From NCBI GenBank assembly GCA_963717145.1, contig OY970325.1:5120001-5184000 (forward strand): 64,000 nt of DNA. The letters run 5' to 3'. Below are positions 17,779 through 28,500 of this stretch, piece after piece (within the stretch, counting starts at the first letter, position 1; the number at the start of each line of letters is the position of its first letter). The position numbers and the translations under genes are program-made. Source of the DNA: an uncultured Armatimonadetes bacterium (GTDB taxonomy: Bacteria > Armatimonadota > UBA5829 > DTJY01). The notes beneath the pieces were generated by a model. That model ran no database searches. It saw nothing but the letters and a program-made list of their open reading frames with translations, and had not been told where the DNA came from.

Positions 17779-20121
17779 ATGATCTGGTATCTGCACTCGG
17801 CTGGCCCAGCCGATGACGAGTGTGGCGGCACAACATCTCCCGCGAATGACCGAAGCGAGTTCTCCTGTGTTCCCAACAGGGCGCGCCGGGGGATTCTCGT
17901 CACCGGCACACTGACTGCGCTGATCGGGCTTTTTTGGTTCGCTGCCTGGATGGCTGGGGTCGTCCCGCAGTGGTCGGCCACAGGGATGATCACGCCGAAG
18001 ACCAATATGGCGCTGGCTCAGCTCATGGGCGGGGTCGCATTGCTGCTCCTGGGCCTCAGGAGGGCCGGAGGAGCCCGGCGCTGGGTCGGGGCAATCCTCG
18101 CGGCACTGGTGATGCTTCTCGGAGCGCTTACCCTCAGTGAGCACCTCTTCGGGTGGAACCTCGGCATAGACCAGTTGCTGGCGACGGAGCCTCCCGGGCC
18201 GGTGGGAGTGGCGAGCAACAATCGCATGGGTCCGCCCGGATCGCTGTGTCATATGCTCCTGGGAATCGGGCTGCTCGCACTGGCCTTGAGAAGACGCGCG
18301 ATGGTGCCCTACCTGGGGCTGGCGGTCTGTGTGATCAACCTCGTCCCGGCGGTCGGCTTCCTGTATGGGATCGGTCCGTTTTATGATGCACCACACCTGA
18401 CCTTCATCGCCTGGCCGACGGTGATCGCGCTGATGTCACTCGGGATCGGGCTAGTGCTTTCGTCCGGCGACTTACGTCCTGTGGCGCTCTTCTTCAGCAA
18501 CGACCCGGGTGGGAGGCTATTGCGCCGGCTTCTCCCGACGGTGTTGTTGATCACTGTGACACTCGGCTTTTTCGCGGTACAGATCGAGCGCCGGGGGATA
18601 TATGCGGTGGAAACCGCTACCGGCCTGCTGACTATCTTGCTGATCCTGGTCTTCTCGGTGATGCTGAAGCAGAGCGCCAGGCGCCTGAGCCGATCCTTCG
18701 CGGCACAGAGTGAGAGCGAGGCGCGGTTGAGGTTGGCGCAGTCGGCGGCTCGCATCGGTACGTTCGAGTGGAATGTCAAGACCAACGTGAACACATGGAC
18801 TCCGGAACTGGAAGCGATGCACGGCCTTCTGCCCGGCGGCTTCTCAGGAACCCAGAAGGACTGGGAGGATCTCGTCCACCCCGAAGACCGCGCCGAGGCA
18901 GTGCGCCTAGTGGAGCATTCCTTCGAGACGGGCCGGCCCACCGAGGGCGAATGGCGTGTAGTCTGGCCGGATGGAAGCCTTCACTGGCTTTCCGCGCGTT
19001 GGCAGGTGTTCAAGGACGAATCCGGGGAGCCGCTCCGCATGACAGGTGTCAATATCGACATCACCGAGCGCAAGCGGTCGGAGAATACCGTACAGGCGAG
19101 CGTCCGAATGCTGACCGCTGCCAATACGGCAGCGAGATCCGTAGATGAGACGATTCAGATAGTGCTCGACGAGATCGAGACTCTGACGGGCAGCACGATC
19201 AGCTTCTACCATTTCCTTGACGCCGATCAGGAAACGCTTACGTTGCAGGCTTGGTCGAACAACACCTTGCGGACCATGTGTACAGCAGAGGGAAAGGGCA
19301 GCCACTACCCGGTGTCCCAGGCCGGAGTCTGGGTGGACTGCCTTCGGGAGCGGCGTCCGGTCATCCACAACGACTACGCTTCCCTTTCGAATCGCAAGGG
19401 ACTGCCGCCGGGCCACGCGCCGATCATCCGCGAGTTGGTCGTCCCCGTCGTGAGGTGCGATCGAATCGTGGCAATCATCGGAGTGGGCAACAAGCCGACC
19501 GACTACGATGAGAGAGATGTGGAGGCCGTCTGTTGTCTGGGCGACTTGTCATGGGTAGTGGTCGAACGCAAGAGGGCGGAGGAGGCTCTACACGAAGCTG
19601 AGAAGAGCAAGCTCGAGTTCTACCGCCTGACGATCGCGGCGGCCACGGATGGGAGACTGGTCATCACCGAACGGTCCGAGATCGAACGGATCGCGGGGAC
19701 TTCGGTCGCATCCTGGGATATCCACGGCCCGGAAGACACCAAGACCGTCCGGCACGGGGTTGAGGTCACGGCCCGGTCCGCCGGCGTTGATGAACAAAGG
19801 CTCGGGCAACTCGCCGTCGCAGTCGGTGAAGCGACCACAAACGCGATTAAGCATGCCCGCAGCGGTTGCGCGTCCCTGCACTGTCCGGACAGTTGCCTGA
19901 TACTGGTAGTGTCGGACAACGGCCCGGGCATTCCGGCGCTGACTCTGCCTGAGGTGGCCCTGAAACGAGGCTACTCTACCGCGGGGACGCTCGGAATGGG
20001 GTACAAACTGATGATCCAGTTCGCGGACAGAATCTACCTTGCCACGGACGAGGAGGGAACGACGGTTGCCCTCGAGATGAAACTGGGGAAGACCGCTAAC
20101 GCCCACGGAGGCAGACTATGA
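17779..20121 (+). CDS. Multi-TM sensor with PAS and GAF domains and a C-terminal RsbT/RsbW-like Ser/Thr kinase (HATPase_c)
   Basis: ~7-8 hydrophobic segments; PAS (VHPEDR...DITERK); GAF; EATTNAIKHA, DNGPGI, GYSTAGTLGMG; no H-box seen; exact start uncertain. Confidence 0.8.
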   Translation: MIWYLHSAGPADDECGGTTSPANDRSEFSCVPNRARRGILVTGTLTALIGLFWFAAWMAGVVPQWSATGMITPKTNMALAQLMGGVALLLLGLRRAGGARRWVGAILAALVMLLGALTLSEHLFGWNLGIDQLLATEPPGPVGVASNNRMGPPGSLCHMLLGIGLLALALRRRAMVPYLGLAVCVINLVPAVGFLYGIGPFYDAPHLTFIAWPTVIALMSLGIGLVLSSGDLRPVALFFSNDPGGRLLRRLLPTVLLITVTLGFFAVQIERRGIYAVETATGLLTILLILVFSVMLKQSARRLSRSFAAQSESEARLRLAQSAARIGTFEWNVKTNVNTWTPELEAMHGLLPGGFSGTQKDWEDLVHPEDRAEAVRLVEHSFETGRPTEGEWRVVWPDGSLHWLSARWQVFKDESGEPLRMTGVNIDITERKRSENTVQASVRMLTAANTAARSVDETIQIVLDEIETLTGSTISFYHFLDADQETLTLQAWSNNTLRTMCTAEGKGSHYPVSQAGVWVDCLRERRPVIHNDYASLSNRKGLPPGHAPIIRELVVPVVRCDRIVAIIGVGNKPTDYDERDVEAVCCLGDLSWVVVERKRAEEALHEAEKSKLEFYRLTIAAATDGRLVITERSEIERIAGTSVASWDIHGPEDTKTVRHGVEVTARSAGVDEQRLGQLAVAVGEATTNAIKHARSGCASLHCPDSCLILVVSDNGPGIPALTLPEVALKRGYSTAGTLGMGYKLMIQFADRIYLATDEEGTTVALEMKLGKTANAHGGRL

Positions 20122-20459
20122 GCATAGAACTGATCCAGGACGGCAGAACGATCGTCCGAGCGACGGACGAGATCGATCTCGCCAATATTGCCGAGTTCGA
20201 CAGAGTTCTTGGCGATGCAGCGACGATGGCTCCGAAGGGGTTTGTCATCGACCTGTCGGAAGCGACATACATCGACAGCGCGGGCGTCCAGGCGATCTTC
20301 GGCGTGTATATGAAGATCTACGAGGCGGACGGCTGTCTCGCTCTGGTGGTCGGCAACCCCCGAATCAAGAGTGTGCTGGAGGTGGTTCACCTGGAGCAGC
20401 TCTCCAACATGTGCGTTTGCGAGGACTTGGATTCCGCGAAGGAAGGGCTGCTCCAGTAG
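20118..20459 (+). CDS. STAS-domain anti-sigma factor antagonist (RsbV/SpoIIAA-like)
   Basis: EIDLAN, VIDLSEATYIDSAG (phospho-Ser motif); ATGA overlap with the kinase gene. Confidence 0.92.
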   Translation: MSIELIQDGRTIVRATDEIDLANIAEFDRVLGDAATMAPKGFVIDLSEATYIDSAGVQAIFGVYMKIYEADGCLALVVGNPRIKSVLEVVHLEQLSNMCVCEDLDSAKEGLLQ

Positions 20460-20596
20460 TCAGGCAGGATCGGCTGAGCGATAAGTTGCGCAGGGTGGTT
20501 ACATTTTCCCGTATGATTCTCAGCTAAGGAAAGCCGGAACACCGCCCGATAATATGGGTTGGAATGTAGTCTGGCATAGTCCTCCATGTAAGACAG

Positions 20597-20636
20597 GTGA
20601 AAACGGCCCGGGGATCTTCTCCCGGGCCGTTTTCAC
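20597..20636. terminator. Bidirectional intrinsic terminator between convergent genes
   Basis: GTGAAAACGGCCCGGG..CCCGGGCCGTTTTCAC with A and T tracts. Confidence 0.75.
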
Positions 20637-20684
20637 GTCTAGCCCTCTCCAGCATGTCGAGGACAAAGATCAGGTCGGGGCGCT

Positions 20685-22031
20685 TCACCCCGTCTCCAGC
20701 TTGCCTTCCCACTCCGCGAGGCGCTTTCGGAGATCCGAGACCGTTCCGGCGTGCTTCGACTCCTCCGCGAGGTTGTGCATCTCCCAGGGATCGGTCCGCA
20801 TGTCGAAGAGCTGCTCGACGGGATCGTCCTTGAAGGCCACGAACTTGTACTCCGGCGTGCGGAGCATCCGCCCGGTGATGAGGCACTCGCTCACGATGAA
20901 CTCCCGCCACTCGGTGGATCGTCCCTCCACGAGCGGCCTCAGGCTTCTTCCCCTTGCCAGAGGTGGCGCTTCGACCCCGGCGAAATCGCATAAGGTCGGC
21001 GCGATATCGAGCCCCGAGACGAGATGAGTCTTATCGATCGTGCCGCCGTCCTTCGCTCCCGGGAGGCACACGACCGTCGGTACTCGAATCGCCTCGTCGT
21101 ATGTGAAGAACTTGGTGACGAGCTTCCTGCGCCCGAGTCCGTCGCCGTGATCGACGGTCCAGACGATCAGTGTGTTCGACGCATGCTTCGAAGCATCGAG
21201 CGCATCGAGGATTCGTCCGATCTCGGCGTCGACCATCTCCACGTGGCGGTAGTAGCTCCAGATGTAGAACCGCCAGAACTCGTCGGTCCATGCGGCTGTC
21301 TTGCCACGGAGCCTTGCCAGATGCTCGGCCTGGACCTGGGCTTCCTTGCCGACGGACTCGAAGTTGTCGGGCAGCGGAGGCAACTCGCCCTTGATCTGCG
21401 GATATGGAAGGTCGCCGCTGTACCCCTCATGCGCGGTGTGCCAGTAGCAGCAGTCGTGCGGCTGAAGGAGTCCGACGTTGAGGAAGAACGACTTGTCGCC
21501 CGAGTAGTTCCGGAGAAACGCCTGCGCCGACTTCGAGACGACAGAATCGGTGTGCTGCCCAAGGTGCGATGGATTCGACGTGAGCACGGTGAATCCGCTC
21601 TGGTTCGTGCGGCCGGGCATGTGCCACTTGCCGGTGTAGAAGGTCGCATATCCTCTGCTCTTGAACCACTGGCCCAGATCGGGCATATCGGGATCGAGCT
21701 TGTGGTTGTTGTCCAGCATCCCGTTCTCAGAGGCGGTGCGTCCCGTGTACCAGCACGCGCGCGCCGGGCAGCATACGGGGCTCGCGGAATAGGAGTCAGT
21801 GAACGCGGTCCCTCGTTTCATCAGCCGGTCCATGTTCGGTGTCTTCAGCCATTTGTTGCCCAGACCTGAGATGGCGTCGAAATGCTGCTGGTCGGTGTGG
21901 ATGAACAGCAGGTTCGGCTTCGACTTCGGGACGAGGGTCTCAGCGAATGCCCCGCTCCCCGCGAGCGCGAGTCCGGAGACGCCGAGCGCCGTCCCACGTA
22001 TGAATTCCCGCCTGGTGATTGGATTGCTCAT
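20685..22031 (-). CDS. Tat-exported sulfatase
   Basis: TRREFI signal; PNLLFIHTDQQ, CCPAR, GKWH, DHG, QLFDMRTDPWE. Confidence 0.92.
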   Translation of the reverse strand: MSNPITRREFIRGTALGVSGLALAGSGAFAETLVPKSKPNLLFIHTDQQHFDAISGLGNKWLKTPNMDRLMKRGTAFTDSYSASPVCCPARACWYTGRTASENGMLDNNHKLDPDMPDLGQWFKSRGYATFYTGKWHMPGRTNQSGFTVLTSNPSHLGQHTDSVVSKSAQAFLRNYSGDKSFFLNVGLLQPHDCCYWHTAHEGYSGDLPYPQIKGELPPLPDNFESVGKEAQVQAEHLARLRGKTAAWTDEFWRFYIWSYYRHVEMVDAEIGRILDALDASKHASNTLIVWTVDHGDGLGRRKLVTKFFTYDEAIRVPTVVCLPGAKDGGTIDKTHLVSGLDIAPTLCDFAGVEAPPLARGRSLRPLVEGRSTEWREFIVSECLITGRMLRTPEYKFVAFKDDPVEQLFDMRTDPWEMHNLAEESKHAGTVSDLRKRLAEWEGKLETG

Positions 22032-22051
22032 TTCATACCTCTCACTGCCAC

Positions 22052-22120
22052 CGCCGTAGGGGCGTGCCTTGCGCCGCCCGGCACCGGGTTACAGGCGGCA
22101 CAAGGCACGCCCCTACGGCG
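22052..22120. repeat. GTAG-type REP doublet (GTAGGGGCGTGCCTTGYGCCGCC)
   Basis: Inverted pair 22056-22078 / 22094-22116. Confidence 0.8.
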
Positions 22121-22808
22121 CCGCTTCCGGCAATACTGAGTCGAGAAGAAACGCGCGTCGTCCTCCGACGGCGATCAGCAGCCGGTGCCGGTCGTCGAGC
22201 CAATAGGTTGTGGGCAGGATTCCCCGGCCGATATGCTCGAATGAGTGCAGTTTCGTCATCCGCCCCCCGAGTTCCACCTCGGCAGTCTCGCCGGGGAATA
22301 GCCTCTGCTCGGGCCTGGACAGCTCCAACTCCTCGAGCATGTCGAACCGCAACTCCTTTGCGTCGAATGGCAGGCGCTGGACCGCATCGAAGAGCGACCA
22401 GTTGCTGCTCAGCCGTCGGGAGGCATGGATAGCCTCCTCGCCGGAGATGCTGACGGCGGTCAGCTTCACCTGCTTGCCATTGGGGTCGAGGATCTCGGAG
22501 TCGATCTTCCACCTCAGTGGCGTCGAGAGATCATCCGCCGCGCACGTGACGCCTGCTCTCGTCTTCCCCGAGCCGTTCGTGCCGGCCATCTTGATGATCT
22601 GCGTCACTTGCAGGCGGATCTCCCCGTCAGGCGTGAGTCTGCGACGTATCCGAAGGCTCCCCGCCAGCTCGCTCTTGGTGGATTGCGAACGGGCGGGATT
22701 CCACATGACGTAGTTGGACTCCCACTCGCCGTTCGGATCGAAGGGCTCAGTCGGAACATGGACTCCGGGCAGGCAATCGCTCAGCAGATCGAGGGAATAC
22801 GGCAGCAT
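22113..22808 (-). CDS. Hypothetical protein
   Basis: 231 aa ORF with GAGGAG RBS, in-operon position; no family recognised. Confidence 0.65.
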   Translation of the reverse strand: MLPYSLDLLSDCLPGVHVPTEPFDPNGEWESNYVMWNPARSQSTKSELAGSLRIRRRLTPDGEIRLQVTQIIKMAGTNGSGKTRAGVTCAADDLSTPLRWKIDSEILDPNGKQVKLTAVSISGEEAIHASRRLSSNWSLFDAVQRLPFDAKELRFDMLEELELSRPEQRLFPGETAEVELGGRMTKLHSFEHIGRGILPTTYWLDDRHRLLIAVGGRRAFLLDSVLPEAAP

Positions 22809-22823
22809 ACGGATCTCCTCCGC

Positions 22824-23390
22824 CTATTTCCGGTAGATGACTTCCGGCGGGTTCTTCTCGCGTTCCGGTGGCGGTCCGTCGGGATAACCGACAATGATCG
22901 GGGCAATAACAGTGTACTCCTCGGGGATGCCGAGTTCCTTCTTCGTTTCAGGCGCATTGAGGACCTCGGTTGCGAACCCGATCCAGCAGGTCCCGAGTCC
23001 CATGTCGGTCGCCGCGAGCATGACATTCTCGGCGGCGAGCGTACAGTCGATCTGGGCGATCGGGCTGATGGCCTTCGCGTAGATGACTACCAGAGTCGGA
23101 GCGTTGTAGAAGATGCTGTAGCCCGGATCTTCGAAGTACTCCCTGTATCGCTCGAGCCACGGCCACTCCACGATCTTACCAAGCAGGAACGTCTTGGTGC
23201 GGTCGGAATACTTCTTGAGCATAGAGCTGTCCTGGATCACGCCGAAGACCCAGGGCTGCGCGTTCATCGCACTCGGCGCCTGGACCGCCGCATGAAGCAG
23301 CCCGTCGATCGCCTCGCCTGACACAGACTCAGGCTTATACGCGCGGATCGACCTCCGCTTGCTGATCGCTTCCATCAGTTCCATGGTCAT
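22824..23390 (-). CDS. Nitroreductase family protein
   Basis: I.KRRSIRAY, A.QAPSAMNAQPW, AAENVMLAA..MGLGTCWIG, IVGYP. Confidence 0.93.
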   Translation of the reverse strand: MTMELMEAISKRRSIRAYKPESVSGEAIDGLLHAAVQAPSAMNAQPWVFGVIQDSSMLKKYSDRTKTFLLGKIVEWPWLERYREYFEDPGYSIFYNAPTLVVIYAKAISPIAQIDCTLAAENVMLAATDMGLGTCWIGFATEVLNAPETKKELGIPEEYTVIAPIIVGYPDGPPPEREKNPPEVIYRK

Positions 23391-25524
23391 TCTCCTCCCC
23401 GGTCATTAGTTTCCGGATCACAACTATTACAGCGTCGTCGCGTAGTGCCCCCTCCGCGTAGGCTTGTGCATCGTCCAGGAGGCCCGTGGCAATCTGCTCG
23501 GTGGAAGCGCCTGCATTTCTGTCAAGGGAGTCCAGGATGCCTTCCGTGCCAAAGAGTCCCGGCTGACCAGCTATTCTCGATTCCGTTATCCCATCCGTTA
23601 CCAGCACGATCAGATCGCTCGGTTGGAGCTTCCGACGGCCTTCCTCGTATACTGCGGCGCGATACCCCATGAGCATAGGTCCGCCCTCGGTCAGCGTTTC
23701 GACACTTCCGTCTCCGTGCCTCAGCAACGGTTGCACGTGGCCTGCGTTGGTGTATATAAACTCGCCGGCTCGAGTGTCCAGCACGGCATAGAAGGCTGTC
23801 AGCAAGTCGCTGTCCGCCGCCGCACCTCTGAAGAGGGCGTTGTTGGTGAGCGTCATGACCCAGGATGGTCGCTCATCGAGGAAGGCGTAGCTTCTCATCG
23901 TATGCACTGCGGCAGCGACGCGTCCGGCGGCGCGCAGTCCCTTACCCACTACGTCCCCGATGACGACGCCGATCTTGTCGTCGCCCAGGTCGATCAGATC
24001 GTAGAAGTCGCCGCATACCTCCGCCTCCGACATGGCGGGCTGATACCTGGCGGCTATTTCGTATCCCGCCGGCTGCGTCGGCAGCGGGGGTGGAATCAAT
24101 GTCTGCTGCAGCACTTCGGCTATGTGAGCGTATCGCTCGGATGCGAGCACTAGAATGTCCTGCGCGGCCCGGCGGTCGGTGGAGTCTCGGAAATAGACCG
24201 ACAATCCGCCTTCGTAAGGATAAGCGCGCACCTCGTACCATCGATCGAATGGAGGATAGAAAGCTTCGAACTGGACGGCAATTCCCTCCCGCATGGCTCT
24301 CTCGTATTCGGTCTGGAAAGGCGTGCCGACTGCCGCAGGGAACTGGTCCCATATGACCGTGCCTACCAGTTCCTTCTGCGATTTCAGTAAAATGCGCGCC
24401 GCTTCGTTGTTCACATAGGTGAAATGCCAATCCCTATCCAGGGCAAAGAACGCATCCGAGATGCTCTCGAATATCCGCGTCACTTGCTCCCTGGTTTTCC
24501 CGAGCGCTTCCTCCGCCTGCCTGCGCTTGAGTTCGCCGGCCGCGCGTATCGCTACCAGTTGCAGGATTGATTCCGCAGGTGTAGGGTTTGCCAGGGGTTT
24601 GCGGCTGATCATGGCGATCAGGCCGATAGGTTGTCCCTTGGAGTCCCAGAGAGTGGTTCCGACGTAAGCTTCGGCCTTCATCTCCTGGAGCACTTCATCC
24701 TTGGGGAATAGATCGCGAACCCCCTTGGGAAAGGAGCAAACCGTCTTCCCAACGACATCACCACAAGGGGTGTCCTTCAGTGTGTATGCCACGTTGTCGA
24801 CGAACTTGCCGTCAGAATATACCGCCACCGTCTGGGCCGACAGGCGGTCTCCCGTCAGACGATCGATGCAGATAAAGTCCATCCCCAGGGTCTCGGCCAG
24901 GTAACGTGCCAGCGAATGGAAGAAATCGTCACCCGAGGCCGACCAGCCGGTCTGCAGCAGGAAGGTTCGGGCGTCATGGAGCTGTCTGCGTTCTGTGATA
25001 TCCGACAGCGCAATGCGGCACTCGTCTCCGGCCTTGCATTCCCCGGACTCTATCCGCGCGTAGAGCGGGCCATCTGCCTGCGTGAGGAGACCCACCTCGC
25101 AGGTCTCCTTTATACCACCCTGGAATGCCCTCTCGAGGAATGCGTTGAACTCGGGCCGATTCTCTGTGGAAACGAAAAGCCCGAAGCGCGCGCCGACCAG
25201 ACGAGATCGCTCCATCCCGAGGAGTCCCGCGCCGGTAAGGTTCACCTGACGGATGACGCCCTCGCGATCGAGGGTGAAGTAGCCAACCGGAGCGAAATCG
25301 TAGAGGTCCACATGTTGCTGCAGGCCGACCTCCACCTCCGCCCGCGCCCGCCGAAGCTCCTCGTTCTGCAGCTCCAACTCGATCTGGTGGACTTGCAGCT
25401 CGTGGACCAGACGTTGCGCGTCCTCCGCCGTCCGAGAGTTGGCGTCCGCTGCTTCATGCTCTTCCAGCCGTTCCTCAGCCCGGCGACGCAGTTCGGCAGA
25501 ATCCTCTGATGTATGCTTTGCCAC
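23335..25524 (-). CDS. Cytoplasmic PAS-GAF-PAS-SpoIIE (PP2C) phosphatase
   Basis: LRRRAEERL..LVHELQVHQIELELQNEEL coiled coil; PAS (YDFAPVGY, ESISDAFFALD); GDFYD, GDVVGKG, NAGH, TDGITE, DD. Confidence 0.9.
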   Translation of the reverse strand: MAKHTSEDSAELRRRAEERLEEHEAADANSRTAEDAQRLVHELQVHQIELELQNEELRRARAEVEVGLQQHVDLYDFAPVGYFTLDREGVIRQVNLTGAGLLGMERSRLVGARFGLFVSTENRPEFNAFLERAFQGGIKETCEVGLLTQADGPLYARIESGECKAGDECRIALSDITERRQLHDARTFLLQTGWSASGDDFFHSLARYLAETLGMDFICIDRLTGDRLSAQTVAVYSDGKFVDNVAYTLKDTPCGDVVGKTVCSFPKGVRDLFPKDEVLQEMKAEAYVGTTLWDSKGQPIGLIAMISRKPLANPTPAESILQLVAIRAAGELKRRQAEEALGKTREQVTRIFESISDAFFALDRDWHFTYVNNEAARILLKSQKELVGTVIWDQFPAAVGTPFQTEYERAMREGIAVQFEAFYPPFDRWYEVRAYPYEGGLSVYFRDSTDRRAAQDILVLASERYAHIAEVLQQTLIPPPLPTQPAGYEIAARYQPAMSEAEVCGDFYDLIDLGDDKIGVVIGDVVGKGLRAAGRVAAAVHTMRSYAFLDERPSWVMTLTNNALFRGAAADSDLLTAFYAVLDTRAGEFIYTNAGHVQPLLRHGDGSVETLTEGGPMLMGYRAAVYEEGRRKLQPSDLIVLVTDGITESRIAGQPGLFGTEGILDSLDRNAGASTEQIATGLLDDAQAYAEGALRDDAVIVVIRKLMTGEENDHGTDGSDQQAEVDPRV

Positions 25525-25541
25525 TCAGCCTAACCTCCTCA

Positions 25542-28500
25542 TCAGACCTCCGCGCTGTTGAGTGCCACGCGGAGGCGCTCCTCGCTGTCTCGAAGCGCAT
25601 CCTCCAGTCGTTTCATCTCCTCGACGTCTGTGCTGGCCCCGTACCATTTCAGAATCTTGCCGTGCCCGCTTCGGACAGCCTCGACGCGGGTACTGAACCG
25701 GTGGTACTCGCCTTCTCTGTTCCGTATTCGGAAATCGCTGCAATAGTCCTCCCCGGTTTCCATCGCAGCCTTCCACTCCTTCGCCACCCGATCGCGATCG
25801 TCCGGGTGAATCTGCTGCAGCCATCCGTAGCCGAGTTGCTCCGCCTCCGGGATACCGGTGTAGTCGACCCACTGGCGGTTAAAGTGATCGCAGGATCCGT
25901 TGGGCAGGCAGGTCAGGACGAGTTGTGGCAAGGAGTCCGGGAGCTGGCGCAGTTCTGCCTCCAGCATTTTGGAACCCGTGATGTCCATGCAGGTGATCAC
26001 CACGCCGTCGATCCGGTTCTCCACGGTGCGGTAGGGCATGATCCGCACGGCAAACCATCTTCCGTCACGGGTGGCGACCTGTCTTTCCGTGAACACCAGC
26101 GTCCGCAGCACAGCCTGCACGTCATCCTGGAGTTCATTGTAGAGCAGGTCGGAAGTGACATCGGAGATGGGACGCCCCACGTCGCCGGGGATCAGCCTGA
26201 GTATCTTTGTCGCCTCCGAGGTAAACCGCCGCACTCGGAGCTGACCGTCAAGGAACACGGTGGCAATGTCCGTGCTGTTAAGCAGGTTCTTCATGTCGTC
26301 GCTCGCCCTGGAAAGCTCGTCCACCTTGGCCTGCAATTCGTTGTTGACCGTCTGAAGCTCCTCGTTCAGCGACTGCATCTCCTCCCTGGAGGTCGTCAGT
26401 TCTTCGTTGGTGGACTGGAGTTCCTCGTTGGCGGACTGCAGCTCCTCGTTCGTCGATCTGAGTTCTTCCTGAGAGGTCTGCATCTCTTCCCGGACGCCCT
26501 GTGTCTCCTCGCGGGCATACTGCAGTTCCTGCTCGATCTGCGCCAGCCTGGGAGTGACCGCGAGTGCCCCGTCTGGAGATGCCCGTCGGTGTCGTTTCGG
26601 CGGATGGCTGTACATCAGTGAAGACGATCATCACCATGCCCCGCAGCGCCTCCGGCTCCTCGATGACCTGGACTGCGAGATCAACCGTCTGGGTGCCGCC
26701 GTTGATGCCGAACGTCAGATTCCGGACGTCCAGCCTCTCTTTCTGCCGGAGGGCCTTCTGGAATGCGCCGATCAGTTCGTAGCGAAGCCCTTCGCGGGCC
26801 ATGACGAAGATGTTCCAGTTGGCTTTTCCGGCCGCCGGCTCCAGATACTTTCCCGTCCGCCCGCTGATGTAGAGAACGTCGCCCTTGTTGTTGACCAGAA
26901 CGGCGGCAGGTGAATACTTCTGCAGGAGCAGTTGGTCTGCCAGCGACTGCATGTTGACCCCGGAGGCGGCCGTCTCCTGCAGGCGTTCTGTGGCCTTCGA
27001 AGCCGGGACAACGGTGCGTGGAAACTCAATAGGATCCAACGGCTGGTCGGACGCGATCCGCTTGTACAGCCTTGACTTGCCATCCAGTGGCGCAAAAAGG
27101 TTTGTGAACTCGCCAACAGTCTCTGCGCTGCCCAGGAGCAGAATCCCATCGGTCTTCAGGCTGTAGTGCAACAGCCGCACGACCACTTTCTGCAATTCCT
27201 GCTCCATGTAGATCAGCAGGTTCCGGCAGGTGACGATGTCCAGCTTGGTAAAGGGCGGGTCCTTGATCACGTTCTGCGGCGCGAAGATCACCATCTCGCG
27301 AATCTCTTTGTTGACGCGGTAGTTGCCATGCTCCTCAGTGAAGAACCGGCTCAGACGCTCGGGCGACACGTCGGCGGCGATGTTCGCCGGATAGACGCCC
27401 TGCCTGGCGCGGTCGATGGCGTCACGGTCCAGGTCGGTCGCAAATACCTGAAGCGTGAACCGCCCCTCCGGCTTCACTTGCTCCAACGCTTCCTTGAACA
27501 CGATCGCCAGGGAGTACGCCTCCTCCCCTGTCGAGCAGCCGACCACCCATGCGCGAAGCTCCCGGCCTGGCTGGCCGTCGGTCAGGAGGGCGGGGATGGC
27601 CTTATCTCTCAACCGATCCCACTCCTCCGGATCGCGGAAAAAGCTGGTCACGCCGATCAGAAGCTCCTTGAAGAGGAGGTCCAGCTCGCCGGAATTCTCC
27701 TGCAGATACCGCACGTAGTCGCCGATCTTGCCAAGCTGGTGGACGCCCATGCGCCGCTCGATCCGGCGGTACAGGGTGCTCTTCTTGTACTGGAAGAAGT
27801 CGTGACCCGTGTGCGACCGCAGGAGGGTGATGACCTTCTCCAGCCCGCTCCCGGCCTTGTCATCCGTGGCCGACTCGGGCGTGGCGGCCGGGGGCACGTG
27901 TCGCAGAGAGGCGATGAGCTTGCCGGGAAGCTTTTCCGCCGGGGCTACGATGTCGCCCAGCCCGGCGTCGATGGCGCTTCGGGGCATTCCGTCGAATCCG
28001 GCCGAGGCCGGATCCTGCACCAGCGCCAACCCCGCCTTTTCCTTGATGGCTCCAAGTCCCAGCGTGCCGTCGGACCCCATGCCGGAGAGAATGACGCCGA
28101 CTGAATGACCCTGGAAGTCCTCCGCCAGGGAGCGGAAGAACGAATCGATGGGGAGGCGCAGACCTCGGGGCGCCACGGGATCCATCAGGTGGAGAACTCC
28201 GTGCAGGATGGTCATGTCCTTGTTGGACGGGATCACGTAGACGCAGTTCGGCTCGACCTTCTGTCGTTCTTTGACTTGGACGACTTTCATGGCCGTTGCG
28301 CGCTGGAGAAGCTCGGGCATGATACCTTTGTGTGTCGGGTCGAGGTGCTGCACGATGACAAAGGCCATTCCGCTGCCATCCGGCACGTTCTTCAGGAACT
28401 GCTCCAACGCTTCCAGCCCCCCGGCGGAAGCGCCGATGCCGACTACGGGGAAGTGAGCGTCACTCTTGTGTCGCGGGCTTGTTCGATCAGATGACGGGTT

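Noticed and set aside
20540-20585. Purine riboswitch-like ATAATATGG loop
   Set aside because: Lacks the TTTCTACC junction and the P3/CCGTAAA loop; no downstream gene on that strand
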